From a virus (taxonomy: Duplodnaviria > Caudoviricetes): a stretch of 25,305 nt of DNA. Location: positions 1 through 25,305 of IMG/VR virus record IMGVR_UViG_3300017747_002433; one strand, written 5' to 3'. The translations under genes and the position numbers were made by a program. The notes below the pieces were generated by a model. It searched no databases. It was not told where the DNA came from and saw only the letters and a list, made by a program, of their open reading frames with translations. This document shows positions 1 to 9,375 of the stretch, piece by piece (position 1 is the first letter of the stretch; each line of letters starts with the position of its first letter).

Positions 1-3000
1 AAAACATTACAGGATAAACAACAAGATTTGTTAGATATAGCAACAGATCCTACTATTCCTGTTGAACAAAAAACAAATGTATTTCTAAATCAAAAAGAAG
101 AAAAACCTGATCTTAGAGAAGCATATAGAACTTCTGTTGCTTCAGAAAATCATGGTGTAACTTCACAAGATGATTTGGTTCAAGAGAAAAGAATAGATAA
201 TTTCATCCCTAATAATATAAAAGCAGAACAAGATTGGAGAAATTTACATAATACTTATGCTGCTTCTTTGAATATAACTGGATTAGATTTTGGAATATCC
301 GCAGCTTTAAATTTTGCACCTGGAAGAACTGGGGTGTTGACAGCTAATTTATATGCTGCTATGACTAATGACCATAGCAATGCTACTAGATTAAAGAATA
401 TAGCTTTGCCTGGAAGTGCTACAAAAACTATGGGTAAGTTATGGAAAGAATGGGATAGCAGTGAAAAAAGAGATGGGTTAATCCGTATAATTAAATATAT
501 GGAATCTTCTACAGCTTTAGATAGTGATAAAGTACAAATGCTACTCCAAACTTTAGAAAATCCAGATCAACCTTGGTGGGAAACTTCTTTAAGTAATCTC
601 AGTGGTATATTAGATACTGCTTTAATTGGTGGATTTGCTAAAGCACCTATTAAATCTACTAAAGATTTTATTAAATGGGCTACTACTTATGATGCTGCTA
701 AAGATAAAGCTGCTGTAGATTGGGTAAAGAATAAATTTACTACTGGTAAAGTAGCTGGTGCTGATGTTGGAGTTAAGGCAGCAAAAGCTGCTGTAGATGA
801 AGCTGCTGTTATTCAAGCTGCTACAAAGAATGAACCTCCTCCAAATTCACCTTTAGGAATTGAAGTAGTTAATAATCCAGATCGTGCTGCTAAAACTGTT
901 GTAGCATCTATATTAGATGAAACAGAAGATGTTGCTAAAGCAGTAGCTCCTGGTGGAAAGGGACAGGTAATTGAAACAGCTTTACCTAAGAGTGTTTTTG
1001 TTAATGATTTAAGTACAATTTATCCTGATGTTGCTGAAAGAATTAATACTTATGCAAAAGCATTAAGACCTGAATCACAAGTAAATCCTGCATTGTATGA
1101 TGATGTATTCCAAAGAAGTGAAATTAATAAAGAAATAGAAACAATTTCTAGGACTAAATATCCTAGTTTACAACTTTCTAATACTGTAATTGATTTCAGA
1201 TTTGGGGACACTACTTATATAAAAGCTATCTATGGAGAAACTCCAACTAGGGGATGGGCTTCTGAAGTAGAAGCTAAATCTATGTTGAGTAAACTTCCTA
1301 AAGAATCTGTTGCTAATATGGAAGTTTCATACTTCCCTAAGAATAAAGAATGGTATATTACTCATACAATAGAAAAAGAATTTACTCCTAATGTTTATAT
1401 GAAGGATGATTATGGGACTAATTTTCAAATCCCATATACAACTAAAGAAATAAACCTAGATTGGATTTCTAGGAGTAAATATATCAATTGGTATTTACCT
1501 AGTTCAAGCCGAATTACGTCTGGCCTTTCTAGTAGTTCTATAGCTACTGAAATGGGTGTTGCACAAAACATTGCGAAATTAAATCAATATTTGAATAATT
1601 TTGTGATGGAGAAAAAACACATTTTCCCAGTGTTGAATGACGAATTACGTTTAGTTCATAATCAAGAGATTTCTGATTGGAAGTCAGCAAAAGAATTATT
1701 GGTAGATAAACACCATCTTTCTGAAATTGAGAAGAAGGATTTAGCGGAAGCTTATTATTCAGTTAAAGCTTTGGGTGATACTTTCTATGAAATGGCAAAT
1801 AAACGTCATAGGGGCGAACTTGTAGAGGGTAAATATAAAGCAGTATATGATGCTGATGGTGTTGCAAAAGGGTTTGGTAAAGAGGTGACACCAACTTCTG
1901 AAATGTCCAAACACATTTGGGATATGGATAATAATGCTGCTATCACTCTAAAAAGAAATGAATCTGGGGGCTTAGATTTAGCTGGTAGAAAACTTGTAGC
2001 ATTAAAAACTCCTCATGTAGATGAAGCTGGTAATGTGTGGGAGTTTGCTATTCTAGGTGCTAAGGCACAACTTGGTGAGCTTCCTTCACATACATTAAAT
2101 AAACTTAGTCCTTATATCCCTTGGTATCACACTGCGGATTTCTTTGTACAGCGCACACCTACTTCTATTACTATTAATGGATTAAAAGTATCTGATGCAG
2201 ATACACTTAGACAGCATTCTGTTCGTGTAGCTGGTGCTAGAACCCATCAAGAAGCTGTAGAATTGGCTGCTAAACTAACAGGAGAATCTAGTGGTAAGTA
2301 TGAGTTCACTCCTGTATTGCGTAGTGAGAATGTTTTAGATGAAATTGTAAGCTTGCATGATGAAGCTACAAAGTATGCTGCTTGGGAAAAACATAGAGGA
2401 AAGAGATTAGATAATTATGATCCTATAGATGACCCAATTAGAAGCTTGCATAAGATGGGTAAATCATTGATGCAACTTGATGCTTGGGAAGATTTTAATC
2501 GTTATTTCAAAACTAGATTTATAAATACTTATGGAGATATTTTACCAAAAGGACAAATACCACGTACTCCTGATGGATGGGAATTGCCTAAAGGGAAACA
2601 GACAAAAGAAAATGTAGCAAAATTAGCTGCTGGAAAACGTGAACTAGAATGGCACAATGGTATATTCCGTAGTATGGTGGAAAGTGATAGAGCGGTTTCA
2701 TCCTTATTTAATTCTACTGCGGATATAATGAATAAGTATGGAATGAAAAGTGATAAAGCGGTAAGGGATTTATCTAAACAAGGTAATATATTTATTCGTA
2801 TTCCTAATGCTGCTGCTACTCATCTATTACTATACAGTAATATAGGTAGGCAATGGGTAGTGCAAACACAAATGATTTGGAGTTTACATGCTTTAGATCC
2901 TGCATTTATTAAGTATGGAATGCCTAATTTATTGCCATTTATCTTTGCTACTTTAGGGAAATCTAAATATTTTAAGAATGATGAGTCTAATTTTATTAGA

Positions 3001-4473
3001 TTCTCTAAATTCATGGGTGGTACACTTAGTGGTATAAAAGGAAAAGAGTGGGATGATATGTATAATGGCTTTGCTAACAGTGGTATGTTACAAGCTGTTG
3101 ACTTGAACCAAATGGTGTTAGGACTTAAACATCATGATAATTACACCCTATCCCCTGAAGTACATGAGCAAATAGCAAAAGGTCTTACACAAACTATCTC
3201 ACTTCCTGGGAATATTGCTAAAAGTATTGGTTATACACCAGCAGAATTAACAAACTTAGCTGGTGCATGGATATATGCTTATAAGCAATATCAAAAAGCA
3301 CATCCTAGTGTGGATATGACAAACTTGCATCATATCGAACAAGTAAAGGCTAAAGCATTGGCTCTCACTGGTAGTATGGCTGGAAGTAGTGATTCTATGA
3401 GTTATCAGCGTGGTATGTGGACATTATTGTTTAAATTTATGCCTATTCAATCTAAACTATTGGCATTGATGACAACTTCAAAAGCCACGACTAAAGAAGA
3501 GAAATTAAGACTTGCTATAGGGCAAACTCTTTTCTGGGGAACAGCAGGTACAGTGGGAGGTAGTTTAATACACGATGGTGTAAATGCTTGGATGACTGAT
3601 GAAGAAAAACAAGTGTTTAATAAATATGAAGGTAGTATTATAGATTTAGTATTTAACACCATCCTTGATACCACTATCCGTCATGCTTTCGGTATTGATG
3701 ATGAAAAGCCTACATCTATAGCTTGGAGTCATAGTATGGGACCATTCAATAATGGATATGGTATTCCTGTTATTGAAGTATTCTATAATTTATATAAAGC
3801 TTTCACTAACCAAGAAGCTGCAAATCCACGTATTGCTGCTGTAGGTGCTATTGATACCATCACTAGATTCATTGAAGCAGTAAGCAATAGAATGGCATTT
3901 AAAGGGGAATATGAAACAGCCCCAATGGTGCAATCTATTATAGCAGAAGCTCCTACATTATTTAAAGCTTGGGATAATGCAGCTAAAGGGTATATTATGT
4001 TGCAAACAGGGAAACTTGTTTCTAAACATGGTAATCCAAGAGAATTAGTAGCATCTCATGGTGATGCTATGGGTAGAATGTTTTTTGGTCTTTTCACTAA
4101 AGAAGAATTAGATAGTTTTAGAAATATAGATGTAGAAAAAGCTAAAAAAGCTGCACAAAAAGCTGTAGAAAAAGATGTGTTTGATTACATCATGAAGAAT
4201 AGACAAGATATTTTGTCTTTGGATAGACAATCTCGGGCGGTGGAAATAGATAAAATGCTCTATATTACTTTCCATGATGATCCTGATGCATTAGATAAAT
4301 CTCGTACAGCAATAGAAAAGAAACTATTTTATGCTAATAAAGAATTTAGTGAGAGTATTCAACAACAGATAGAAAGGGAATTAGCCATTTCTCAAGAAAA
4401 AGTAAAAGCCGCTGAAGCAGAAGTTAGTGAAGGTGGTTTAAAAGAATTACTGCAAACTATAAGGAACAAATAA
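1..4473 (+). CDS. Large internal virion (ejection) protein, putative; probably 5'-truncated by the window
   Basis: Frame is open from base 1 and the ORF-track TTG at 28 is just the first possible start. >1480 aa, Ala/Lys-rich, sits just upstream of a lysozyme-bearing virion protein at the end of the structural arm. Function inferred from size and position only. Confidence 0.6.
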   Translation, partial: KTLQDKQQDLLDIATDPTIPVEQKTNVFLNQKEEKPDLREAYRTSVASENHGVTSQDDLVQEKRIDNFIPNNIKAEQDWRNLHNTYAASLNITGLDFGISAALNFAPGRTGVLTANLYAAMTNDHSNATRLKNIALPGSATKTMGKLWKEWDSSEKRDGLIRIIKYMESSTALDSDKVQMLLQTLENPDQPWWETSLSNLSGILDTALIGGFAKAPIKSTKDFIKWATTYDAAKDKAAVDWVKNKFTTGKVAGADVGVKAAKAAVDEAAVIQAATKNEPPPNSPLGIEVVNNPDRAAKTVVASILDETEDVAKAVAPGGKGQVIETALPKSVFVNDLSTIYPDVAERINTYAKALRPESQVNPALYDDVFQRSEINKEIETISRTKYPSLQLSNTVIDFRFGDTTYIKAIYGETPTRGWASEVEAKSMLSKLPKESVANMEVSYFPKNKEWYITHTIEKEFTPNVYMKDDYGTNFQIPYTTKEINLDWISRSKYINWYLPSSSRITSGLSSSSIATEMGVAQNIAKLNQYLNNFVMEKKHIFPVLNDELRLVHNQEISDWKSAKELLVDKHHLSEIEKKDLAEAYYSVKALGDTFYEMANKRHRGELVEGKYKAVYDADGVAKGFGKEVTPTSEMSKHIWDMDNNAAITLKRNESGGLDLAGRKLVALKTPHVDEAGNVWEFAILGAKAQLGELPSHTLNKLSPYIPWYHTADFFVQRTPTSITINGLKVSDADTLRQHSVRVAGARTHQEAVELAAKLTGESSGKYEFTPVLRSENVLDEIVSLHDEATKYAAWEKHRGKRLDNYDPIDDPIRSLHKMGKSLMQLDAWEDFNRYFKTRFINTYGDILPKGQIPRTPDGWELPKGKQTKENVAKLAAGKRELEWHNGIFRSMVESDRAVSSLFNSTADIMNKYGMKSDKAVRDLSKQGNIFIRIPNAAATHLLLYSNIGRQWVVQTQMIWSLHALDPAFIKYGMPNLLPFIFATLGKSKYFKNDESNFIRFSKFMGGTLSGIKGKEWDDMYNGFANSGMLQAVDLNQMVLGLKHHDNYTLSPEVHEQIAKGLTQTISLPGNIAKSIGYTPAELTNLAGAWIYAYKQYQKAHPSVDMTNLHHIEQVKAKALALTGSMAGSSDSMSYQRGMWTLLFKFMPIQSKLLALMTTSKATTKEEKLRLAIGQTLFWGTAGTVGGSLIHDGVNAWMTDEEKQVFNKYEGSIIDLVFNTILDTTIRHAFGIDDEKPTSIAWSHSMGPFNNGYGIPVIEVFYNLYKAFTNQEAANPRIAAVGAIDTITRFIEAVSNRMAFKGEYETAPMVQSIIAEAPTLFKAWDNAAKGYIMLQTGKLVSKHGNPRELVASHGDAMGRMFFGLFTKEELDSFRNIDVEKAKKAAQKAVEKDVFDYIMKNRQDILSLDRQSRAVEIDKMLYITFHDDPDALDKSRTAIEKKLFYANKEFSESIQQQIERELAISQEKVKAAEAEVSEGGLKELLQTIRNK

Positions 4474-4474
4474 T

Positions 4475-6772
4475 ATGCCATTTTTAAATGCTGGTGCAGG
4501 TGCTAGTACCCCATCAAATCCTGACCCGAGGTTTGCTCTTGTTGCTCCTACCGATGAATCAGGTAGAACAGAAGCAATGTCTGATATACCTGACATACAA
4601 CACCAAGCTTATAAATATGGTGTAATTGGTAGCACAGCTAAAGCTGCTGGTGAAATTATTGGTGAGGTACATAAAGGGTATCAATTAGGGAAACTTGGTG
4701 CGGAGATAGAAAATATCACTGCTCCTACTAGACAAAGTTTAACCCAAATAGCTAGTTTGGAAAGAGATATTCATGGACTTAAACAGCAAAAGAGATTTGC
4801 ACAATCTCATGAGGAAGTATCCCAAATAGAACCACAATTAACAAGTAAAATAAATCAATTACTAAAAGCAAAACGGGAAGGATTTTTAAACTCCAATGAT
4901 GTTCATTTAAGAATTAAATCGGCTGTTAGAGAAGCTATAAATAATAACCCAGGTTACACCACAGCATTATCAAACTATGCCAGTGATGTTCTATGGGCTG
5001 CTGGAATTAGGGAGATTGCCGACCCTACAGTAAAATTAGATAAAGCTGAAGCTGCTGCTAGAAAGGAAGTACATACACTTAGACTTAAACAAGCTAAAGA
5101 AGCTAAAATTTTCATTGATCCTACAAAATTGCATGATGAAGGTTATTTGCGGGAAAGAGATATGGATATAATGAATGCTTATGAAGCTAAAGGAGCATTA
5201 GAGGAGGTTTTATCTGGAGAGAAACTAGCGAAGGCTACTAAATTAGCTACATCTTCAGATAGATTTAAATATCATACACAAATGCAAGGTGCCGCTAGAA
5301 GTAGTATACAAGATGCAGCGGACATTGCGTACTCTGCAATTGAACAAACTACCTCTTCAGTAGAAAAAGCACGAATTCTAAAAGAATATTATAATCAAGT
5401 AGAATCTGGAGCTTCTACATTAATGCAACATTATATTGATTCTGGATTTTCTTTGAATGAAGCCCAAACATTGACTAATGGTTTGAGAACTCATGCTAAA
5501 GATATAATTAAACTCTATGGGGAAAAGAAAAATAATAAACTAACTCAAAAACAATTTGATGCTGCTTTACATTTTAATAAAGCAATGGATGAAGCATACG
5601 AACATTTAGGATATTCTCAAGAACTAAGAAAACTCTCTACAAAAACTGATAGTGCAGAGAAAGCAGCCTTATTGAAAGAGAATCCAGCATTAGCTAATCA
5701 AATTACTAACTTCACTAAGTTACAGGCACATATATTAGACCCAAACACTAGAAGTATGCTTGTTGAAAACTTACGAGAATTTGATAATAAAACTGCTGCT
5801 GCCCATTGGTTAAGCACATTTATTAAGTCTGGTAATTTTGAGATGGTGCAGGAAGTTACAAAAGCATACGATGATATGCTTAAAAATACAGCTTCTCCTA
5901 TGGTGAATAGAGAAGATAGGATTAAAGCTAGAGATGATTTGGTAAACACTTTAGTTGATTTACCCCAAGATGCAAATAGATACCTATCTTCTGAGACAAA
6001 ACAAAATGTAACTACCGCTTTGCATAAGCAATTAGAATCTGTTATGTATTTTGTTAATAATAGCAAGAAAACTTATAACTATTCTAATAAATATAATGAA
6101 TATGGAATCACTCTCACTGTTAATGATGAGAATGGGAATGTAGACGAACAAAAAACAGAAACAGCACGTAAAGTATTTGGTGTTCGTATTAATGAAGCAT
6201 TGAAAGTTTATACTAAAGTACACGGTGCATCTATGGAAGAAGCAGCTAATGTTCTTTTACCACAATATACAGAATCTTTAGGAATATCTTTACCAGAAGT
6301 TCAAGGAGGAAATGTGAAAGCTGATGAATTTTTAAAAAAGAAAGAGGGGTTTAAAGAACAAGCTTATATAGATGGTGCTGGTAAACCTACTATTGGGTAT
6401 GGGTTTACTACCATAAATGGTAAACCTGTAAAGATGGGGGATACAATTACTAGAGAAGAAGCTGATGCAGAATTACAAAAACAAATAGGTAAATACCAAT
6501 CATTTAAAAATAAGGTTAAAGTACCTCTAACTGAAGATCAAGAAACGGCTCTAACTAGCTTTGAGTATAACTTAGGGGGTGGTGTTTGGAACACTACAGG
6601 TAAAGCCATTCTTCATTCTATTAATGCAGGAGATTTTGAAGAAGCTGCTAGATTGATGCTCCAATATGATAAAGCTAAAGATCCAAAGACAGGAAAGTTG
6701 AGAGTGCTACCAGGCTTAACTTCCCGTAGACAAGAAGAAGGTAATTTACTAATGGCACAACAAGGGGGGTAA
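4475..6772 (+). CDS. Internal virion protein with C-terminal GH24 (T4-like) lysozyme domain
   Basis: Last ~150 aa carry EGFKEQAYIDGAGKPTIGYG (catalytic E-x8-D-x5-T), ALTSFEYNLG and LPGLTSRRQEE, typical of GH24 muramidases. The N-terminal ~610 aa look helical/coiled-coil. Confidence 0.85.
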   Translation: MPFLNAGAGASTPSNPDPRFALVAPTDESGRTEAMSDIPDIQHQAYKYGVIGSTAKAAGEIIGEVHKGYQLGKLGAEIENITAPTRQSLTQIASLERDIHGLKQQKRFAQSHEEVSQIEPQLTSKINQLLKAKREGFLNSNDVHLRIKSAVREAINNNPGYTTALSNYASDVLWAAGIREIADPTVKLDKAEAAARKEVHTLRLKQAKEAKIFIDPTKLHDEGYLRERDMDIMNAYEAKGALEEVLSGEKLAKATKLATSSDRFKYHTQMQGAARSSIQDAADIAYSAIEQTTSSVEKARILKEYYNQVESGASTLMQHYIDSGFSLNEAQTLTNGLRTHAKDIIKLYGEKKNNKLTQKQFDAALHFNKAMDEAYEHLGYSQELRKLSTKTDSAEKAALLKENPALANQITNFTKLQAHILDPNTRSMLVENLREFDNKTAAAHWLSTFIKSGNFEMVQEVTKAYDDMLKNTASPMVNREDRIKARDDLVNTLVDLPQDANRYLSSETKQNVTTALHKQLESVMYFVNNSKKTYNYSNKYNEYGITLTVNDENGNVDEQKTETARKVFGVRINEALKVYTKVHGASMEEAANVLLPQYTESLGISLPEVQGGNVKADEFLKKKEGFKEQAYIDGAGKPTIGYGFTTINGKPVKMGDTITREEADAELQKQIGKYQSFKNKVKVPLTEDQETALTSFEYNLGGGVWNTTGKAILHSINAGDFEEAARLMLQYDKAKDPKTGKLRVLPGLTSRRQEEGNLLMAQQGG
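6304..6316 (+). promoter_or_regulatory. Candidate internal ribosome-binding site and in-frame GTG at the start of the lysozyme domain
   Basis: AGGAGG (6304-6309), aaat, then GTG (6314-6316), which is codon 614 of the 4475..6772 ORF. Confidence 0.5.
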
Positions 6773-6773
6773 T

Positions 6774-7031
6774 ATGGAGTTAGGGGTGTATGATGCTTTT
6801 CTATTTATTTTAGGTTTATTTAGTACAATAATTGGATTTTATATGAAAAGGTTTTATGAGAAAATGGATGCACTAGAAGATGACTTACATAAGCATAAGA
6901 TTGAAGATGCTGCCACTTTAGTAACGAAAGTAGAATTAAAAGACATGAAGCAGGATATTAAGGATTTTCTACTGTCCATTAAAGAACAACTCAATAATAT
7001 TGAAAGTCATTTGCGTCATCCTCAGAAATGA
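6774..7031 (+). CDS. Small membrane protein, holin-like (one N-terminal TM helix plus coiled coil)
   Basis: 85 aa with hydrophobic AFLFILGLFSTIIGFYM followed by a charged heptad region; directly follows the lysozyme domain. Confidence 0.5.
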   Translation: MELGVYDAFLFILGLFSTIIGFYMKRFYEKMDALEDDLHKHKIEDAATLVTKVELKDMKQDIKDFLLSIKEQLNNIESHLRHPQK

Positions 7032-7066
7032 CCCTCTAGGATGCGCTACAATCAATTATAATAACT

Positions 7067-7118
7067 AGGGGTATACATTCATATCAGAAAAGCATTAAAA
7101 TTGAATGTACCCCCTTTA
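7067..7118. terminator. Imperfect stem-loop between the convergent arms; possible bidirectional terminator or processing site
   Basis: AGGGGTATACATTCA (7067-7081) pairs with TGAATGTACCCCCT (7102-7115), with a small bulge and a 20-nt loop. It lies in the only gap between convergent genes. U-tracts are weak. Confidence 0.4.
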
Positions 7119-7137
7119 AAACCCTTCTATTCCGTTA

Positions 7138-7410
7138 TTACTCCTTAAAAATAGAATTAGTCACTTCTACTGCATCAAACACCTGGTATTCTTCCTTAAT
7201 AAATATACCCCCTGGTGTATGCTTATTGTCTAAGCACACTTTATATAACTGATTAGCTATGTTTTTAAAATGTGCTTCTAACAATGGTAATAATTCATCC
7301 CCTTGTAGTAGTTCAGGGTCTATGTAAGCTCCAGTTTGATAGTGGCCGATCATTCCAAAATTACTATCAGTGCTGCTAGTATCAGTACAAGTAATGTCAA
7401 CATTATCCAT
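7138..7410 (-). CDS. Hypothetical protein
   Basis: 90-aa ORF with GAGAGGGA RBS; last gene of the - arm. Confidence 0.7.
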   Translation of the reverse strand: MDNVDITCTDTSSTDSNFGMIGHYQTGAYIDPELLQGDELLPLLEAHFKNIANQLYKVCLDNKHTPGGIFIKEEYQVFDAVEVTNSIFKE

Positions 7411-7420
7411 ATTCCCTCTC

Positions 7421-7660
7421 CTAGTTCTGTTCCCATTTAATAAGTTCCTCCAAATAGTGTTTAGCTTTCTCTAAATCCACTACCCCTCCCTTTTCTGGAT
7501 AACGGGAAATATATTTAATAATATTACCTCGTAAATATCCCCTGTACTCATTCTCTGTAAACACACTTTCCATATATTCCCAGGGTTGGATAGTATAATT
7601 ATAATGTTTGGGGCAATGCGCCTTAGATAAAAGCATTTCCGTATAGACTTTTGCTTCCAT
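7421..7660 (-). CDS. DUF3310 family protein (T7 gp1.7-like nucleotide kinase domain)
   Basis: HCPKHY...IQPWEY...GYLRGNIIKYISRYPEKGGVVDLEKAKHYLEEL signature. Confidence 0.85.
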   Translation of the reverse strand: MEAKVYTEMLLSKAHCPKHYNYTIQPWEYMESVFTENEYRGYLRGNIIKYISRYPEKGGVVDLEKAKHYLEELIKWEQN

Positions 7661-7661
7661 A

Positions 7662-7868
7662 TTATTTCCTTAATTTTTTAAGTTGTTTAAAAATAAAATC
7701 TACCTCACTCCAATCTAAGCGAATCTTTTGCATTTCGTCTACACATTGGGAGATGGTTATGAAAGTACCATCACCTTCATCTTCAATTGAAATATAGGTG
7801 TTTTGTTCCCCAAATACAGGGGACTCATCTTCCCGATGTATTACATATTTTATTGGTGTTATTTTCAT
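7662..7868 (-). CDS. Hypothetical phage protein
   Basis: 68-aa ORF in a tightly packed operon, overlapping the thyX stop. Confidence 0.7.
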   Translation of the reverse strand: MKITPIKYVIHREDESPVFGEQNTYISIEDEGDGTFITISQCVDEMQKIRLDWSEVDFIFKQLKKLRK

Positions 7869-8746
7869 AAGGTTTGCCTATATTGAATCCAACCTCTGAA
7901 ATTACCACTCCATAATTCACCTTTAGTAGTGACATGGGTGACCCCTTCTTGCATATTATATATATCTACATTTGAAATAGCTATACCAGTGTCACTTGGT
8001 TCTATCATAGGGGAAGCTTGATGTTCAAATGGAGACATGTGACCGTCTTTTAACAATGCATCAGCTAAAGCAATATCTTTTCCAATATCTGGGGTACTAT
8101 TATCATGATTTAGATAGGATACACGAGCGCACCTAGCTACCGAACATTTAATGGCTTTTTCCATATCAATAGATCCATCTGCGCATTGGAATTCATCATA
8201 TTCAACATAAGGAAGATGCCACTCCCCAGGGATTAATTCAGTAGTGGCAGAATAATTCATAGCTTCTTTCATACATCTAGCAAGTTCTTGCATCTCAGGT
8301 TGGGCACTTGGATGTAAACGCAGTTTAAAGAAGTTATCCCATTCTGTTGCCGTAACAATCACTTTAATATGTTGGAACGGTTCTAAAATACGATTTACTA
8401 TTTGTTTATGTACACCAACCTCAGCGAAATGTTTAGCCCATCTCATGGATACTCGCATAGTATCAAGCCAATCCGCTTTAAGATCACGAATGGCCTCTTC
8501 ATCAAATTCCTCTGTAGCTTGCATTCCTGGTTGATTTCTCCCCCAATGAATAGGCATAGCAGGATTTTCACTAACTTGCGCTATCATCTTAGCAACAGGT
8601 ATAGCCCGTGAACTTGAAGCATTCCTAGAAAATAGTCTATGTGTCATAAACTCACTATGAATAAATCTAGGATATTCTAATTCCATAGTGGTTATGCGAA
8701 TACCATTAGCCACACTATCAGCTATTATTTTTGCAGAAATTGTCAT
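7865..8746 (-). CDS. thyX: FAD-dependent thymidylate synthase (phage Thy1/ThyX type)
   Basis: YPRFIHSEFMTHRLFSRNASSSRAIP motif, HKQIVNRILEPF, FFKLRLHPSAQPEM and HMSPFEHQA. Confidence 0.92.
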   Translation of the reverse strand: MTISAKIIADSVANGIRITTMELEYPRFIHSEFMTHRLFSRNASSSRAIPVAKMIAQVSENPAMPIHWGRNQPGMQATEEFDEEAIRDLKADWLDTMRVSMRWAKHFAEVGVHKQIVNRILEPFQHIKVIVTATEWDNFFKLRLHPSAQPEMQELARCMKEAMNYSATTELIPGEWHLPYVEYDEFQCADGSIDMEKAIKCSVARCARVSYLNHDNSTPDIGKDIALADALLKDGHMSPFEHQASPMIEPSDTGIAISNVDIYNMQEGVTHVTTKGELWSGNFRGWIQYRQTL

Positions 8747-9024
8747 ATAAATACTTTTTTGAAGTTAACTAAAAATCTCTTCTCATTTCTTTCTTTTTCT
8801 ATCTCTAAATCTGTTAATATATGGTAACTATTACAAGAGGATGGAACTGTCTTTGACTTTAATTTAAGAGCATCTTTTATATTATTAAATTTGCAGTATT
8901 TATTAATCTGCTCTATATATCCCCACTTATGTATAGTATCTTTGTCTACAAACTTATCAGAAAGAGTATCTAATATAGCAAAGGTTTCATCTTCAAATTT
9001 AACTACTTTATATCTATCTTCCAT
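8743..9024 (-). CDS. Hypothetical protein
   Basis: 93-aa ORF with ATGA/TAATG overlaps to its neighbours and a GAGGAG RBS. Confidence 0.7.
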   Translation of the reverse strand: MEDRYKVVKFEDETFAILDTLSDKFVDKDTIHKWGYIEQINKYCKFNNIKDALKLKSKTVPSSCNSYHILTDLEIEKERNEKRFLVNFKKVFI

Positions 9025-9209
9025 TACTGCATCTCCTCATCTTTAGGATACCCAACTTGGTCTTTCCAATTACCACCTATATATAAGGTGATTGGTACAT
9101 CTGGCCGTTGCTTATGCACTATCTGTAGCATTACTTCCTCAAATACAAGATCAATGTTATTATCTTCAAGACTGTTAATCATATCAATTAATTCATTAGC
9201 TGTTAGCAT
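9024..9209 (-). CDS. Hypothetical protein
   Basis: 61-aa ORF in the operon, coupled to the downstream gene. Confidence 0.65.
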   Translation of the reverse strand: MLTANELIDMINSLEDNNIDLVFEEVMLQIVHKQRPDVPITLYIGGNWKDQVGYPKDEEMQ

Positions 9210-9375
9210 CTTTGTTCACATTTATCCATTTATAAGCATCAATTATACCACAATAATAAGCATACTCAACTGGATTTCTTATCATTGGGGGCATCATCTC
9301 CAAATCATCCCGTTTCTTTATCCATTCAGAGAAAGCATCATTAAACTTCTGAGCATCTATTGACAACTTTGACAT
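9196..9375 (-). CDS. Hypothetical protein (59 aa, not in the ORF track)
   Basis: Manual translation MSKLSIDAQKFNDAFSEWIKKRDDLEMMPPMIRNPVEYAYYCGIIDAYKWINVNKDANS; upstream GGAGTAAAGGTGA; fills the gap after nrdA. Confidence 0.65.
   Translation of the reverse strand: MSKLSIDAQKFNDAFSEWIKKRDDLEMMPPMIRNPVEYAYYCGIIDAYKWINVNKDANS
9242..9269 (-). promoter_or_regulatory. Candidate sigma70 promoter upstream of the thyX cluster
   Basis: TTGAGT-16 nt-TATAAT with extended -10 (TGgTATAAT); lies inside a small ORF. Confidence 0.45.

Noticed and set aside
622-6223. Short - strand ORFs inside the virion genes, and similar antisense or nested ORFs in nrdA, nrdB, thyX, phoH and the helicase gene
   Set aside because: Antisense or out-of-frame shadows of long genes, with no RBS or motif support.
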